Assembly: GCA_048267965.1 (NCBI GenBank)
Contig: JBLWWK010000015.1
Span: 4,661-68,660, forward strand
DNA length: 64,000 nucleotides
Direction: 5' to 3'
Origin: Salibacteraceae bacterium
GTDB lineage: Bacteria; Bacteroidota; Bacteroidia; Flavobacteriales_G; Salibacteraceae
Below are positions 36,848 to 45,505 of the stretch, piece by piece (position 1 is the first letter of the stretch; every line of letters begins with the position of its first letter). A model generated the notes under the pieces. That model did no database searches and was not told the DNA's origin. It worked only from the letters and a program-made list of their open reading frames with translations. Made by a program: the position numbers and the translations under genes.

Positions 36848-37978
36848 ATGCGAATAGGTATTGTTTGTTATCCGACTTTTGGTGGTAGTGGTGTAGTAGC
36901 TACAGAGTTAGGCCAAGCACTTGCTGAAAAAGGTCATGAAATACACTTTATTACTTACAATCAACCTGTTCGGCTTGATTTAGTAAACGAAAACCTCTTT
37001 TACCACGAAGTAAACGTTTCTAATTATCCACTTTTCGATTACCAACCGTACGAACTCGTTCTCACTTCGAAATTGGTAGATGTTGTGAAATATGAGAAGC
37101 TGGAATTGCTTCATGTGCATTACGCAATTCCCCATGCAAGCGCAGCTTACATGGCCAAGAAAATCTTGGCTTCTCAAGGGATTTCCATTCCATTTATCAC
37201 TACCCTACACGGTACAGATATTACATTAGTAGGAAAAGATTCTTCTTTTGAACCGGTAATTACTTTCGCTATTAATAAAAGCGATGCTGTTACAGCTGTG
37301 TCAGAAGACTTAAGAAAAGAAACCTTTACGCACTTTGATGTAAAGCGAGAAATTGAAGTGATTCACAACTTTGTTTGTTTAGAGCGCCATCAAGATACCG
37401 ACCGCGAAGCAGTAAAAGCTCGCTATGCCAAGAATGGTGAATACTTGGTGGCACACATTTCTAATTTTAGAAAAATAAAACGTGTGCAAGATGTAATGTA
37501 CACGTTTAAAAAGTTGCTCGATAATGGTGTAAAAGCCAAGCTTTTAATGGTAGGGGATGGACCCGAGCGTCACAACATGGAAATGTTATGCAGAGAATTA
37601 CAAACTTGTCCCCACGTTCTTTTCTTAGGTAAATTGAAAAATACCGAAGCCATTCTTTCTGGTGTTGATTTGTTTATGTTGCCATCAGAAACAGAAAGTT
37701 TTGGTTTGGCTGCGTTAGAAGCAATGGCGAGTGGAGTGCCTGTAATCTCTTCGAATACAGGTGGTCTGCCAGAAGTGAACGAACACGGTGTTACTGGCTT
37801 TTTGAGTAATGTTGGCGATATTGACGACATGGCCAATAATGCCATGAAAATCTTAAAAGACGAAGAAACCCTCAAGAGTTTTAAAGTAAGAGCACGAGAT
37901 AAAGCAAAGCAATTTGCTATTCAGTCGATCTTACCGAAATACGAAGAATTGTACAGACGAGTGTTAGAGAAGAAATAA
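36848..37978 (+). CDS. bshA: GT4 glycosyltransferase, BshA-like (N-acetyl-alpha-D-glucosaminyl L-malate synthase)
   Basis: MRIGIVCYPTFGGSGVVATELGQALAEKGHEIHFITY is the typical BshA N-terminus. The C-terminal E..G....EAMA.G.PV motif is present. Confidence 0.7.
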   Translation: MRIGIVCYPTFGGSGVVATELGQALAEKGHEIHFITYNQPVRLDLVNENLFYHEVNVSNYPLFDYQPYELVLTSKLVDVVKYEKLELLHVHYAIPHASAAYMAKKILASQGISIPFITTLHGTDITLVGKDSSFEPVITFAINKSDAVTAVSEDLRKETFTHFDVKREIEVIHNFVCLERHQDTDREAVKARYAKNGEYLVAHISNFRKIKRVQDVMYTFKKLLDNGVKAKLLMVGDGPERHNMEMLCRELQTCPHVLFLGKLKNTEAILSGVDLFMLPSETESFGLAALEAMASGVPVISSNTGGLPEVNEHGVTGFLSNVGDIDDMANNAMKILKDEETLKSFKVRARDKAKQFAIQSILPKYEELYRRVLEKK

Positions 37979-37979
37979 A

Positions 37980-38432
37980 TTACTTCACCAGCTGGTAATC
38001 GTAAGTTACCCCTTTTTTAAACTGATTAATTCGAGCGCTTTGGTGAATCAACAATGAATCATCAAAACGTTCGATATTCATGTTTTGAGGGTATTGCTCT
38101 GGTAAAGGATTCACAAAATGTAATGAATGAGAAGCAGAATTTTCTAATTCTAAGGTTTGTGCAATATCATTCTCTGGATTGGCAATTTCCAAAACGATTT
38201 TTCCATCAACCGTGTAAATCGATTTTATTTCAGTAACAGTAGTGTCTTCAAAAGCAATGTAATAAAACTCACCGCGAAGTGTATCTTGCTGAAAGGTCCA
38301 TTCTTCGAATTGAATGGTTTCGTTAAAATCCCTTTTCCATTTACCTTCAAGCCATTGAAAATCAGAAATTGATGGTGTGCAAGCAGATAAAACTAAGAAA
38401 GCTAAGACAGAGAGACCTAAAGTGAATTTCAT
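37980..38432 (-). CDS. hypothetical lipoprotein (DUF6265-like WL.GKW motif)
   Basis: The ATG at 38432 gives MKFTLGLSVLAFLVLSAC (lipobox), followed by FQWLEGKWK. Confidence 0.5.
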   Translation of the reverse strand: MKFTLGLSVLAFLVLSACTPSISDFQWLEGKWKRDFNETIQFEEWTFQQDTLRGEFYYIAFEDTTVTEIKSIYTVDGKIVLEIANPENDIAQTLELENSASHSLHFVNPLPEQYPQNMNIERFDDSLLIHQSARINQFKKGVTYDYQLVK

Positions 38433-38490
38433 TCTGTTAAATTTGTGGTACACTAATTGAATAATCCATTGAAACTATAAACCTGAAGGC

Positions 38491-38694
38491 ATGAACAAAA
38501 AATTATTATTCGCTTTAGCCATTGTTAGTTTGTTAGGTGCATCGTGTTCGAAATGTTACGATTGCCGAACTCAAGTAGAAATCACCGATGGCAACGGTAA
38601 TGTAATCAGTACCGAAGAGCGCACCGAAGAAGTGTGTACGGCTAGTAAAGACGAAGTAGACGACAAAGAATCAGAAGGTTACGATTGCTCTTGA
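38491..38694 (+). CDS. small Cys-rich acidic lipoprotein
   Basis: 67 aa with lipobox LLGASC and 6 further Cys in pairs. It is followed by a strong terminator. Confidence 0.5.
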   Translation: MNKKLLFALAIVSLLGASCSKCYDCRTQVEITDGNGNVISTEERTEEVCTASKDEVDDKESEGYDCS

Positions 38695-38712
38695 TCGAAG
38701 AGCAATTTTTTA
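38684..38712 (+). terminator. Rho-independent terminator overlapping the stop codon of the small Cys-rich lipoprotein gene
   Basis: ATTGCTCTT-GATCG-AAGAGCAAT followed by TTTTTT. Confidence 0.75.
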
Positions 38713-39054
38713 ACCACCCGCTTTTTTCACATTGTATCCTTTTTTGGTGAGTAATTGTACCATCTTGTCTCGGTGATCGCCTTGAATAAGAATTTCTCCA
38801 TCCTTGGCAGAACCGCCCACTCCACAGCTCGATTTTAACTCTTTCGAAAGGTCTTTTAAGTCGTCTTGGGTTCCTACAAAACCTTTTACAACAGAAACTA
38901 TTTTATTGCCTCCTTTGCGATCTAACCATATTTTAAGGTGCTGTTCGCTAGGTTCTAATGTGATTTCTTCTTCTTCTTCGTTAAAAGCATACGAGAAGTT
39001 AGAATTGGTAGAATAGACTACACCCTCTCTGTTTTTTTTGCTTTTTTTAGCCAT
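38710..39054 (-). CDS. SUI1/YciH-family translation initiation factor
   Basis: 114 aa. RKGGNKIVSVVKGF...LKSSCGVGGSAKDGEILIQGDHRDKMVQLL is the SUI1 fold pattern. Confidence 0.85.
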   Translation of the reverse strand: MAKKSKKNREGVVYSTNSNFSYAFNEEEEEITLEPSEQHLKIWLDRKGGNKIVSVVKGFVGTQDDLKDLSKELKSSCGVGGSAKDGEILIQGDHRDKMVQLLTKKGYNVKKAGG

Positions 39055-39094
39055 GCGACAAAGGTATTATAAGTTGAAAAAAGCCAAAAACTAT

Positions 39095-39724
39095 CTACGG
39101 TTTTGTCAATATCGCAGTGCACTGACTGGTGCCGAAAATATTCGAATAATCAATTACCATCGTAATTTCATTCCGCAAAGAGTTAATCTCTCCCGCAGCA
39201 GAAAAAGTGATAAAACCAGCGCCAGCAGTTTGCTCAACTAAGAAAATAGAATCTTGGTTTACAAAACCGGCAACGGGTGTGTTGCCAAAAGCTAAAAACG
39301 GTTGTATGTAAATGCTGTCTTCTATTTGGGGAGGAAACGAAACTATTTGTTCTTGAGCTAACGAAAACTGAATTCCACAATCAGAAGTAGCTTGCCAAGT
39401 GCCAGCGAATTTTTCTCGCACATCAATGCAGCTGCCATCATCTTGGGTAGCTTCGGGGTTGTAATTTTCAGATTTAGGATTAGTACATCCTTCAATGATG
39501 CAACTGCCATCATCTAGGGTCGCTTGCGGATTATAGTTGGTAGAGTTCGGGTTCATGCATCCGCGAATATCGGTGGCATAAACACAATTATTGCTATTTT
39601 CGGTAGCGTTTCCGTCAAAATTTAACGCAAAAGGGTCGGTGCATCCCTCTTGATTTTTGGAGCATGCGGTAATCAATAAAAAACCGAATAAAACCGCTAA
39701 AAGATGAAATTTGACTGTTTTCAT
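39095..39724 (-). CDS. lipoprotein with three tandem Cys-bounded repeats of about 22 aa (C.[DN]P....N[YF][ND]..AT..D[GN][SN]C) plus a C-terminal beta-rich domain
   Basis: Lipobox LLITAC. The repeats are CTDPFALNFDGNATENSNNC, CMNPNSTNYNPQATLDDGSC and CTNPKSENYNPEATQDDGSC. Confidence 0.6.
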   Translation of the reverse strand: MKTVKFHLLAVLFGFLLITACSKNQEGCTDPFALNFDGNATENSNNCVYATDIRGCMNPNSTNYNPQATLDDGSCIIEGCTNPKSENYNPEATQDDGSCIDVREKFAGTWQATSDCGIQFSLAQEQIVSFPPQIEDSIYIQPFLAFGNTPVAGFVNQDSIFLVEQTAGAGFITFSAAGEINSLRNEITMVIDYSNIFGTSQCTAILTKP

Positions 39725-40206
39725 TACGGTAGATTTATTTTTTCACCAGTTGCCGAACAATTGTTTACTGCGCCATCCAATTCGAACGTGTATTCAAGAG
39801 TTAATACTTCGTTTTGGTAGGAACCCGATCCTGATATAAAACCAAATTGATAGGTCTGTTTTGGAATTTCAAACCCAGTTCTAGAGGCCATGGCCATTAC
39901 GGAAATAGGTTCGTTTAGAAGGTTGTTAATATATAGATAGTCTCCCCGATTGGCATTTCTTGAAATATGGATAAAGGACGATGGATTTTCGCATTCTCCA
40001 TCTAAAGAAAATGTTCCTAGGAAATTAGCTCGAAATTCTTGTTCGCATTCTGCACCCGAAAAGCCAATGGGACAATCGCATTCGCCATCAAAACAAACGC
40101 TGCCGTTAACGCAACTTACATCTTTACAATTGTTTGTGCATTGAGTAAACAAAAGTACGCAAGCAGTAATAAGGGCTTTGTGAAGTAGAAGTTTCCCTAT
40201 GCTCAT
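39724..40206 (-). CDS. lipoprotein with an EGF-like domain plus the same C-terminal domain as the downstream gene
   Basis: CKDVSCVNGSVCFDGECDCPIGFSGAEC fits the six-Cys EGF pattern including CxCxxGFxGxxC. Its stop abuts the downstream gene start (39724). Confidence 0.6.
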   Translation of the reverse strand: MSIGKLLLHKALITACVLLFTQCTNNCKDVSCVNGSVCFDGECDCPIGFSGAECEQEFRANFLGTFSLDGECENPSSFIHISRNANRGDYLYINNLLNEPISVMAMASRTGFEIPKQTYQFGFISGSGSYQNEVLTLEYTFELDGAVNNCSATGEKINLP

Positions 40207-40272
40207 TATTAAAGGTTCAATTTACTTTCGAAGATAGGCTATTTTTAAGAGAATTATAACCACTATAAATGC

Positions 40273-40302
40273 TTTGAAGCCCTACTTATAATGCTAATTT
40301 TG
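40273..40302 (+). promoter_or_regulatory. candidate Bacteroidetes-type promoter for the fused E1 gene
   Basis: TTTG at 40273-40276, an 18-nt spacer, then TAATTTTG at 40295-40302 (fits TAnnTTTG). The ATG is 24 nt downstream. Confidence 0.4.
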
Positions 40303-40325
40303 GAACCCGATTTAAGAAAATAAAC

Positions 40326-42305
40326 ATGATAAAGTTTGATCGATCTGGTTTCTCAGATACCGAATTAAAAGATATTTACAAGCAGATTTTGCTTCCTCGA
40401 ATGATTGAAGAAAAAATGTTGATTCTTCTTCGTCAAGGTAAAATCTCAAAATGGTTTTCTGGCTATGGACAAGAAGCGGTTTCTGTAGGAGCCACTTTAG
40501 CCATGGAAAAAGAAGAATTTATTCTTCCGATGCACAGAAATTTAGGCGTTTTCACAGCGCGTGAATTACCGTTAGACCGATTATTCGCACAATTTCAAGG
40601 AAAGCCACATGGGTTTACCAATGGCCGTGATCGTTCTTTTCACTTTGGTGCAAAAGACTACAACATTGTAGGGATGATTTCTCATTTGGGACCACAAATG
40701 GGCGTGGCTGATGGTATTGGTTTATCTGATCTTTTAGATAAGAAAGAAAGCGCTACCCTTGTAGTTACAGGCGATGGTGGAGCCAGTGAGGGTGATTTTC
40801 ACGAGTCGTTAAATGTAGCTGCTGTTTGGAATTTGCCCGTTATTTTTATGGTTGAAAATAACTCTTGGGGGTTAAGTACACCTAGTAAAGAGCAGTTTAA
40901 CCACAACCAATTTGTTGATAAGGCCATTGGCTACGGAATTGAAGGCGTTCAAGTAAATGGCAATAATATTCTTGAAGTAATCAAAACCATGAAAACGGTA
41001 GCGGAAGATATTCGTAAGAACCCGAAACCGGTAATAGTGGAGATGATGACTTTCAGAATGCGCGGCCATGAAGAAGCGTCTGGAACCAAATACTATCCTG
41101 AAGGTATTCAAGATGAATGGTCGAAAAAAGATCCGGTCAATAATTTTGAGCATTTCTTGCTAGAAACCAAGGTGATTTCGCAAGAAGAAGTTGATGCTTT
41201 AAAAGCCGATATTAAAGAGCAGATTAACAAGGGGTTAGAAGTGGCTACAGCTGCCGAAGAGGTCACTTTTAATAAGGAGAAAGAACTTGCAGATTTATAT
41301 GCTCCTTTTTCTTTTCAAGAGCAAAAACCAGAAGGCAAGGTTGAAGATATGCGCTTGATAGATGCCATTTCTGATGGCTTAAAGCATGCTATGCTTAAGC
41401 ACGATAATTTGGTGCTAATGGGCCAAGATATTGCTGAGTATGGAGGCGTTTTTAAAATTACCGATGGTTTTGTGAGCCAATTTGGGAAAGACCGCGTTAG
41501 AAATACTCCATTGTGTGAATCGGCCATTTTAGGAACCGCACTCGGTTTATCGATAAAAGGCAAGAAAGCGATGATGGAAATGCAATTTGCTGATTTTGTC
41601 TCAGAAGGAATTACCCAAATTTGTAACAACTTAGCTAAGATTCATTACCGTTGGGGCCAAAATGCAGATGTAGTTGTGCGTATGCCAACGGGCGCTGGAG
41701 TAGGAGCGGGGCCGTTCCACTCTCAATCGAACGAAGCTTGGTTTACCCATGTTCCTGGTTTAAAAATTGCCTATCCTGCTTTCCCAGAAGATGCGAAAGG
41801 TTTGTTGTTAACCGCCTTTGAAGATCCCAATCCGGTGATGTTTTTCGAGCACAAAGCCTTGTATAGAAGCTTGTCAGGATCGGTTCCTACCGAGTATTAT
41901 AACTTGCCTTTTGGTAAGGCTAGAGTGGTTTCTGAAGGAACCGATTTGTCTATTATTACGTACGGAATGGGTGTGCATTGGGCATTGCAACTTGAAGAAA
42001 AGCATCCAGAGTGGAATTTAGAGATTGTTGATTTGCGCACACTGGCTCCGTTAGATTATGCAACTATTGAGCAATCAGTAGAAAAAACGGGCAAGGTATT
42101 GGTATTGCACGAAGACACACTTTTTGGCGGAATTGGTGGTGAAATTGCTGCTTATATTGGAGAAAACTGTTTTGAACATTTAGATGCTCCAGTTATGAGA
42201 AGTGGAAGCTTAGATATTCCGGTTCCGTTTCACCCAACCTTAGAGGCTGGTTTCTTGGCCAATGCAGAGTTAGAAGAAAAATTAACGAAGCTAATGACTT
42301 ACTAA
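40326..42305 (+). CDS. fused E1 alpha/beta subunits of a 2-oxoacid (branched-chain-type) dehydrogenase
   Basis: 659 aa. The N-terminal half is a TPP-binding E1-alpha (GDGGASEGDFHESLN) and the C-terminal half a transketolase-like E1-beta (VFKITDGF...RVRNTPLCE). Confidence 0.85.
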   Translation: MIKFDRSGFSDTELKDIYKQILLPRMIEEKMLILLRQGKISKWFSGYGQEAVSVGATLAMEKEEFILPMHRNLGVFTARELPLDRLFAQFQGKPHGFTNGRDRSFHFGAKDYNIVGMISHLGPQMGVADGIGLSDLLDKKESATLVVTGDGGASEGDFHESLNVAAVWNLPVIFMVENNSWGLSTPSKEQFNHNQFVDKAIGYGIEGVQVNGNNILEVIKTMKTVAEDIRKNPKPVIVEMMTFRMRGHEEASGTKYYPEGIQDEWSKKDPVNNFEHFLLETKVISQEEVDALKADIKEQINKGLEVATAAEEVTFNKEKELADLYAPFSFQEQKPEGKVEDMRLIDAISDGLKHAMLKHDNLVLMGQDIAEYGGVFKITDGFVSQFGKDRVRNTPLCESAILGTALGLSIKGKKAMMEMQFADFVSEGITQICNNLAKIHYRWGQNADVVVRMPTGAGVGAGPFHSQSNEAWFTHVPGLKIAYPAFPEDAKGLLLTAFEDPNPVMFFEHKALYRSLSGSVPTEYYNLPFGKARVVSEGTDLSIITYGMGVHWALQLEEKHPEWNLEIVDLRTLAPLDYATIEQSVEKTGKVLVLHEDTLFGGIGGEIAAYIGENCFEHLDAPVMRSGSLDIPVPFHPTLEAGFLANAELEEKLTKLMTY

Positions 42306-42379
42306 TATCGTTTGTCAAGTATCTGTATCTTTACCCTAACAGATTGCTTTTTTGGAAAGAAATTTGTTGTTATTCAGAT

Positions 42380-42970
42380 ATGCGATACGCTTTCATCATA
42401 CTATTTACTTTATTCGTGGCTGGTTCGTTTGCTCAAGAAAACGAACCAGCTACTGGTTCTAGCGTATATCGAGGTACCGTTTATCAAGGCGATACCATTG
42501 CTAACATTACTTTACGAACTCATCAGCTAACAGAACGCAGAACGTGGAAAGACCGTAGAGCGTATGTTCGTTACACTAAGCTTTCTAAAAAGGTGAAAAA
42601 GGTGTATCCGTATGCTCAATTAGCTGGGCAGAAGTTAGAGGCATATGCGCATCAACTAGATTCGGTTAAGACTGAAAGAGAAAGAAAAGTCTTTTACAAG
42701 AAGGTAGAGAAAGAACTACGAGAAGAGTACGAAGGCGAACTTAAAAAACTAACCATCTCAGAGGGGAGAATCTTGGTAAAACTAATCGATAGAGAAACCG
42801 GAAACACCAGTTATCAATTAGTAGAAGATTTGAGAGGTAAGTTTAGTGCCTTTTTTTGGCAAGGCTTAGCGCGCGTTTTCGGTCAAAATTTAAAATCAAA
42901 TTACGATCCGCAAGGTGAAGATCGAGAAATTGAGTTTATTGTTCAGCAAATAGAAGCGGGTTTGATTTAA
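42380..42970 (+). CDS. DUF4294-like secreted protein
   Basis: The ATG at 42380 gives the signal peptide MRYAFIILFTLFVAGSFAQ. KLTISEGRILVKLIDRETGNTSYQLVEDLRG resembles DUF4294 as I recall it. Confidence 0.5.
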   Translation: MRYAFIILFTLFVAGSFAQENEPATGSSVYRGTVYQGDTIANITLRTHQLTERRTWKDRRAYVRYTKLSKKVKKVYPYAQLAGQKLEAYAHQLDSVKTERERKVFYKKVEKELREEYEGELKKLTISEGRILVKLIDRETGNTSYQLVEDLRGKFSAFFWQGLARVFGQNLKSNYDPQGEDREIEFIVQQIEAGLI

Positions 42971-42978
42971 CCGATTGT

Positions 42979-43443
42979 TTAGTCTAACAATTTCTGGCGT
43001 AATAAAAATTCTAATTGCTGATTCGCTTTTTTCAACTTCTCTAGCAATTCTTTATTTTCTTTACGTAGGCTAAAAACTTCGTAAGCATTTTCGATGTTCA
43101 TGCGTAACTCTTGCTCATTCCAAGGTTTGGTAATATAACGGTAAATCTGCCCTTGGTTAATGGCGTTTATTACGGCCTCGATATCTGTATAACCTGTTAG
43201 TAGAATACGGATAGGGTCTGGATACTTATCTAAGATAGATACCAAAAACTCTACACCAGATTCATCGGGCATACGTTGATCAGTGATAATAATATCTACT
43301 GATTCTTTTTCGAGTAGTTTGCGGCCTTCTGCCGCAGAAATGGCTAGATGAATTTTATAATCTCTTCTAAAGGTAGCTTTAAAAGCGGTGAGATTGTTTT
43401 CTTCATCGTCAATATAAAGGATTGAAATTTTAGAATCTCCCAT
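42979..43443 (-). CDS. stand-alone response-regulator receiver (REC) protein with C-terminal coiled coil
   Basis: ILYIDDEENNL, ITDQRMP (phospho-acceptor Asp) and YITKPW. It is a clear paralog of the REC domain at 47656. Confidence 0.85.
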   Translation of the reverse strand: MGDSKISILYIDDEENNLTAFKATFRRDYKIHLAISAAEGRKLLEKESVDIIITDQRMPDESGVEFLVSILDKYPDPIRILLTGYTDIEAVINAINQGQIYRYITKPWNEQELRMNIENAYEVFSLRKENKELLEKLKKANQQLEFLLRQKLLD

Positions 43444-43664
43444 TAGTCATTTTGAATTATCGCGAGCGAATATAAATATAAAAAATAGGCTTGGATTCAT
43501 TCATCCACCGTATTTTCTGAACATTGTCTCAAGATGAGTATAAGTTAAAAAAGATGATTAAATGATAAAACACAAGCTTTATTATTATTTCTATTTTTCG
43601 CCCCATTCAGAATTACCCTGTTAAAAGAACAAACCTTAAATTACACCTACCATAATTCATTGTT

Positions 43665-44762
43665 ATGCTAGAAAATTCAACTCAATCCCCAGAGTGTAAA
43701 GATTCGGCTTTTGAACCTTTGGTTCTCAATCCAAAAGACGAGAGTGCATTTAAAACGATATCAGAATACAGAGAACAAGCAAAAGTTCGAGTTGTTGACT
43801 CAATTCGTTCACAAATTCGCGAGTTATTAAAATTGCGTAACCCAGCAGAGTTTGGTTCCTACCAAGATTTAGACGAAAGAATTACCCGTTATCTGGGAGA
43901 AAACCCCGATGAATATGGAGTTTGGGTTTTTTACCCTTGGAGAAACACGCTCGTTCACATTGTGGGCGAAGCAGAATTTATTGAACTGCGAACCAACCGA
44001 AATCAGTATAAGATAACAGTAGAAGAACAGCGATTATTAGCGAAGAAAACCATTGGAGTTATTGGTTTATCGGTGGGTAATTCTGTAGCGATTACCTTAG
44101 CTATGGAGCGCATTGGTGGCCATTTAGTTCTTGCTGATTTTGACCACCTTGAAGTGAGCAACTTGAATAGAATTCGCAGTGGATTGCCAGATTTAGACCT
44201 GAGTAAAGCAGTAATTGCAGCTCGACAAATTGCCGAAATAGATCCTTTTATAAAAATCACATTATTTTCTGATGGTCTTACCGAAGACAATATGCAAAAC
44301 TTTTTTACTGGTGATGGAACCCGTAAATTAGATGCAGTAGTTGAGGTTTGCGACAGCATCCATCTGAAAATAAAAAGTCGTTTCAAAGCGCGCGAACTGG
44401 GAGTTCCGGTGGTTATGGATACCAACGATAAAGGAATGGTAGACATAGAACGGTTCGATTTAGAACCTGACCGACCTATTTTTCACGGCTACTTAGAAGA
44501 AGAACAAGTAAAAAATATTGATGCAGTGGCTGGAGATGAAATGCTCAAAATTGTGTCACAAATTATTAGTTTAGGCGATGTGTCTGAACGATTGAAACTT
44601 TCGATGCCAGAAATTGGGAAAACGATTACCTCTTGGCCTCAGCTCGCTTCAGGTGTTTCTTTAGGAGGAGCTATCTCTGCCAATGTTGTTAGAAGAATGA
44701 TGCTGAATCAGTTTTCTAAAAGCGGAAGGTTTTATGTTGATCTCGATGGTTTAATTAAGTAG
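43665..44762 (+). CDS. ThiF/MoeB/HesA-family (E1-like) adenylyltransferase with an N-terminal extension of about 120 aa; no CxxC zinc motif, rhodanese domain or catalytic-Cys domain seen
   Basis: Rossmann segment KKTIGVIGLSVGNSVAITLA, E1 motif LADFDHLEVSNLNRI and VVEVCDSIHLK. The N-terminal layout recalls the first half of Rv1355c/MoeY-type proteins. Confidence 0.7.
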   Translation: MLENSTQSPECKDSAFEPLVLNPKDESAFKTISEYREQAKVRVVDSIRSQIRELLKLRNPAEFGSYQDLDERITRYLGENPDEYGVWVFYPWRNTLVHIVGEAEFIELRTNRNQYKITVEEQRLLAKKTIGVIGLSVGNSVAITLAMERIGGHLVLADFDHLEVSNLNRIRSGLPDLDLSKAVIAARQIAEIDPFIKITLFSDGLTEDNMQNFFTGDGTRKLDAVVEVCDSIHLKIKSRFKARELGVPVVMDTNDKGMVDIERFDLEPDRPIFHGYLEEEQVKNIDAVAGDEMLKIVSQIISLGDVSERLKLSMPEIGKTITSWPQLASGVSLGGAISANVVRRMMLNQFSKSGRFYVDLDGLIK

Positions 44763-44772
44763 TAGTTGAGCA

Positions 44773-45483
44773 ATGATTCGAATTAGAGCATTTAAAGCAA
44801 CCAGTGATCAAGAGTCTTGTGAACTTTTTGCTTCTGGACACGAGCAGGTGTTAAGAGATTTTGGGGTAATAAAAGTAACCTCTTCGAATAAAGAGTGGTT
44901 TGGAGATCCTAATGTTTATGTAATTTTAGTTGAGAATGAAGATGGCAGCCAGGTTTATGGCGGTGCTCGAATTCATTTGGCGGGTTCTGGAAATCCGCTT
45001 CCGGTAGAAAATGCCGTGGGCGAGATGGATCCAAAAATCTACGAACGCATTGCATCTGACATGAAAGATGGAGTAGGCGAAATGTGTGGATTATGGAATG
45101 CCAAAGAGGTGAGAGGTTCTGGCGTGAGTAAATTACTTACAAAAGCGAGCGTTGCTAAGGCAGGAGCCCATATTGCCAATCTCTTGAAGATTAAAACACT
45201 TTGGGTACTTTGTGCTCCGTATACCGTGAAAATGGTGCAAAAAGCAGGTTTTAAAATCGAAGAAGATTTAGGAGACAATGGTACGTTTCCGTATCCGAAG
45301 CCCGATTGGTTGGCTACTGTTTTGGCTTTGAGAGATACCGACACGTTAAATTCTGCCGACTCTGACGAAAGAGCCGAAATTTTTGACCTACGCACTACCC
45401 CAAAGCAAAATAGGGTTGAGAAAGGTCCCAAAGGTGAATTGATAATCGAATATGATCTTTACATTGAAGATTTAGTTGATTGA
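44773..45483 (+). CDS. GNAT-fold (acyl/acetyl-transferase-like) protein of unknown specificity
   Basis: 236 aa. GEMCGLWNAKEVRGSGVSKLLTKASVA resembles GNAT motif A (R-x-x-G-x-G/A) and LWVLCAPYTVKMVQKAGFKIEE resembles motif B. It lies 10 nt after the ThiF-like gene. Confidence 0.5.
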   Translation: MIRIRAFKATSDQESCELFASGHEQVLRDFGVIKVTSSNKEWFGDPNVYVILVENEDGSQVYGGARIHLAGSGNPLPVENAVGEMDPKIYERIASDMKDGVGEMCGLWNAKEVRGSGVSKLLTKASVAKAGAHIANLLKIKTLWVLCAPYTVKMVQKAGFKIEEDLGDNGTFPYPKPDWLATVLALRDTDTLNSADSDERAEIFDLRTTPKQNRVEKGPKGELIIEYDLYIEDLVD

Positions 45484-45505
45484 TTTCTTACAACCACGTT
45501 TACAA

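Noticed and set aside
38710-39054. SUI1-family protein ending in ...KKAGG as a ubiquitin-like substrate for the E1-like enzyme
   Set aside because: It is a standard YciH/SUI1 translation factor fold, lies 4.6 kb away on the opposite strand, and a terminal GG here is most simply coincidence.
42312-42530. 72-aa ORF overlapping the start of the DUF4294-like gene
   Set aside because: It lies in a different frame over the same DNA. Its sequence is hydrophobic and low-complexity, while the overlapping frame has a proper signal peptide and a conserved-looking domain.
43665-44762. ThiF-like gene as a bona fide MccB (microcin C) or PaaA (pantocin) homolog
   Set aside because: No CxxC zinc-binding pairs, no Asn-terminated heptapeptide ORF upstream, and no exporter or peptidase genes in the locus. 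Retained only as a loose analogy in the findings.
44003-45431. Minus-strand ORFs 44003..44446 (147 aa) and 45039..45431 (130 aa)
   Set aside because: They are entirely antisense to the ThiF-like and GNAT-like genes. Their translations are Ser/Pro/Thr-rich with no recognisable domains, and the sense-strand genes have clear motifs.
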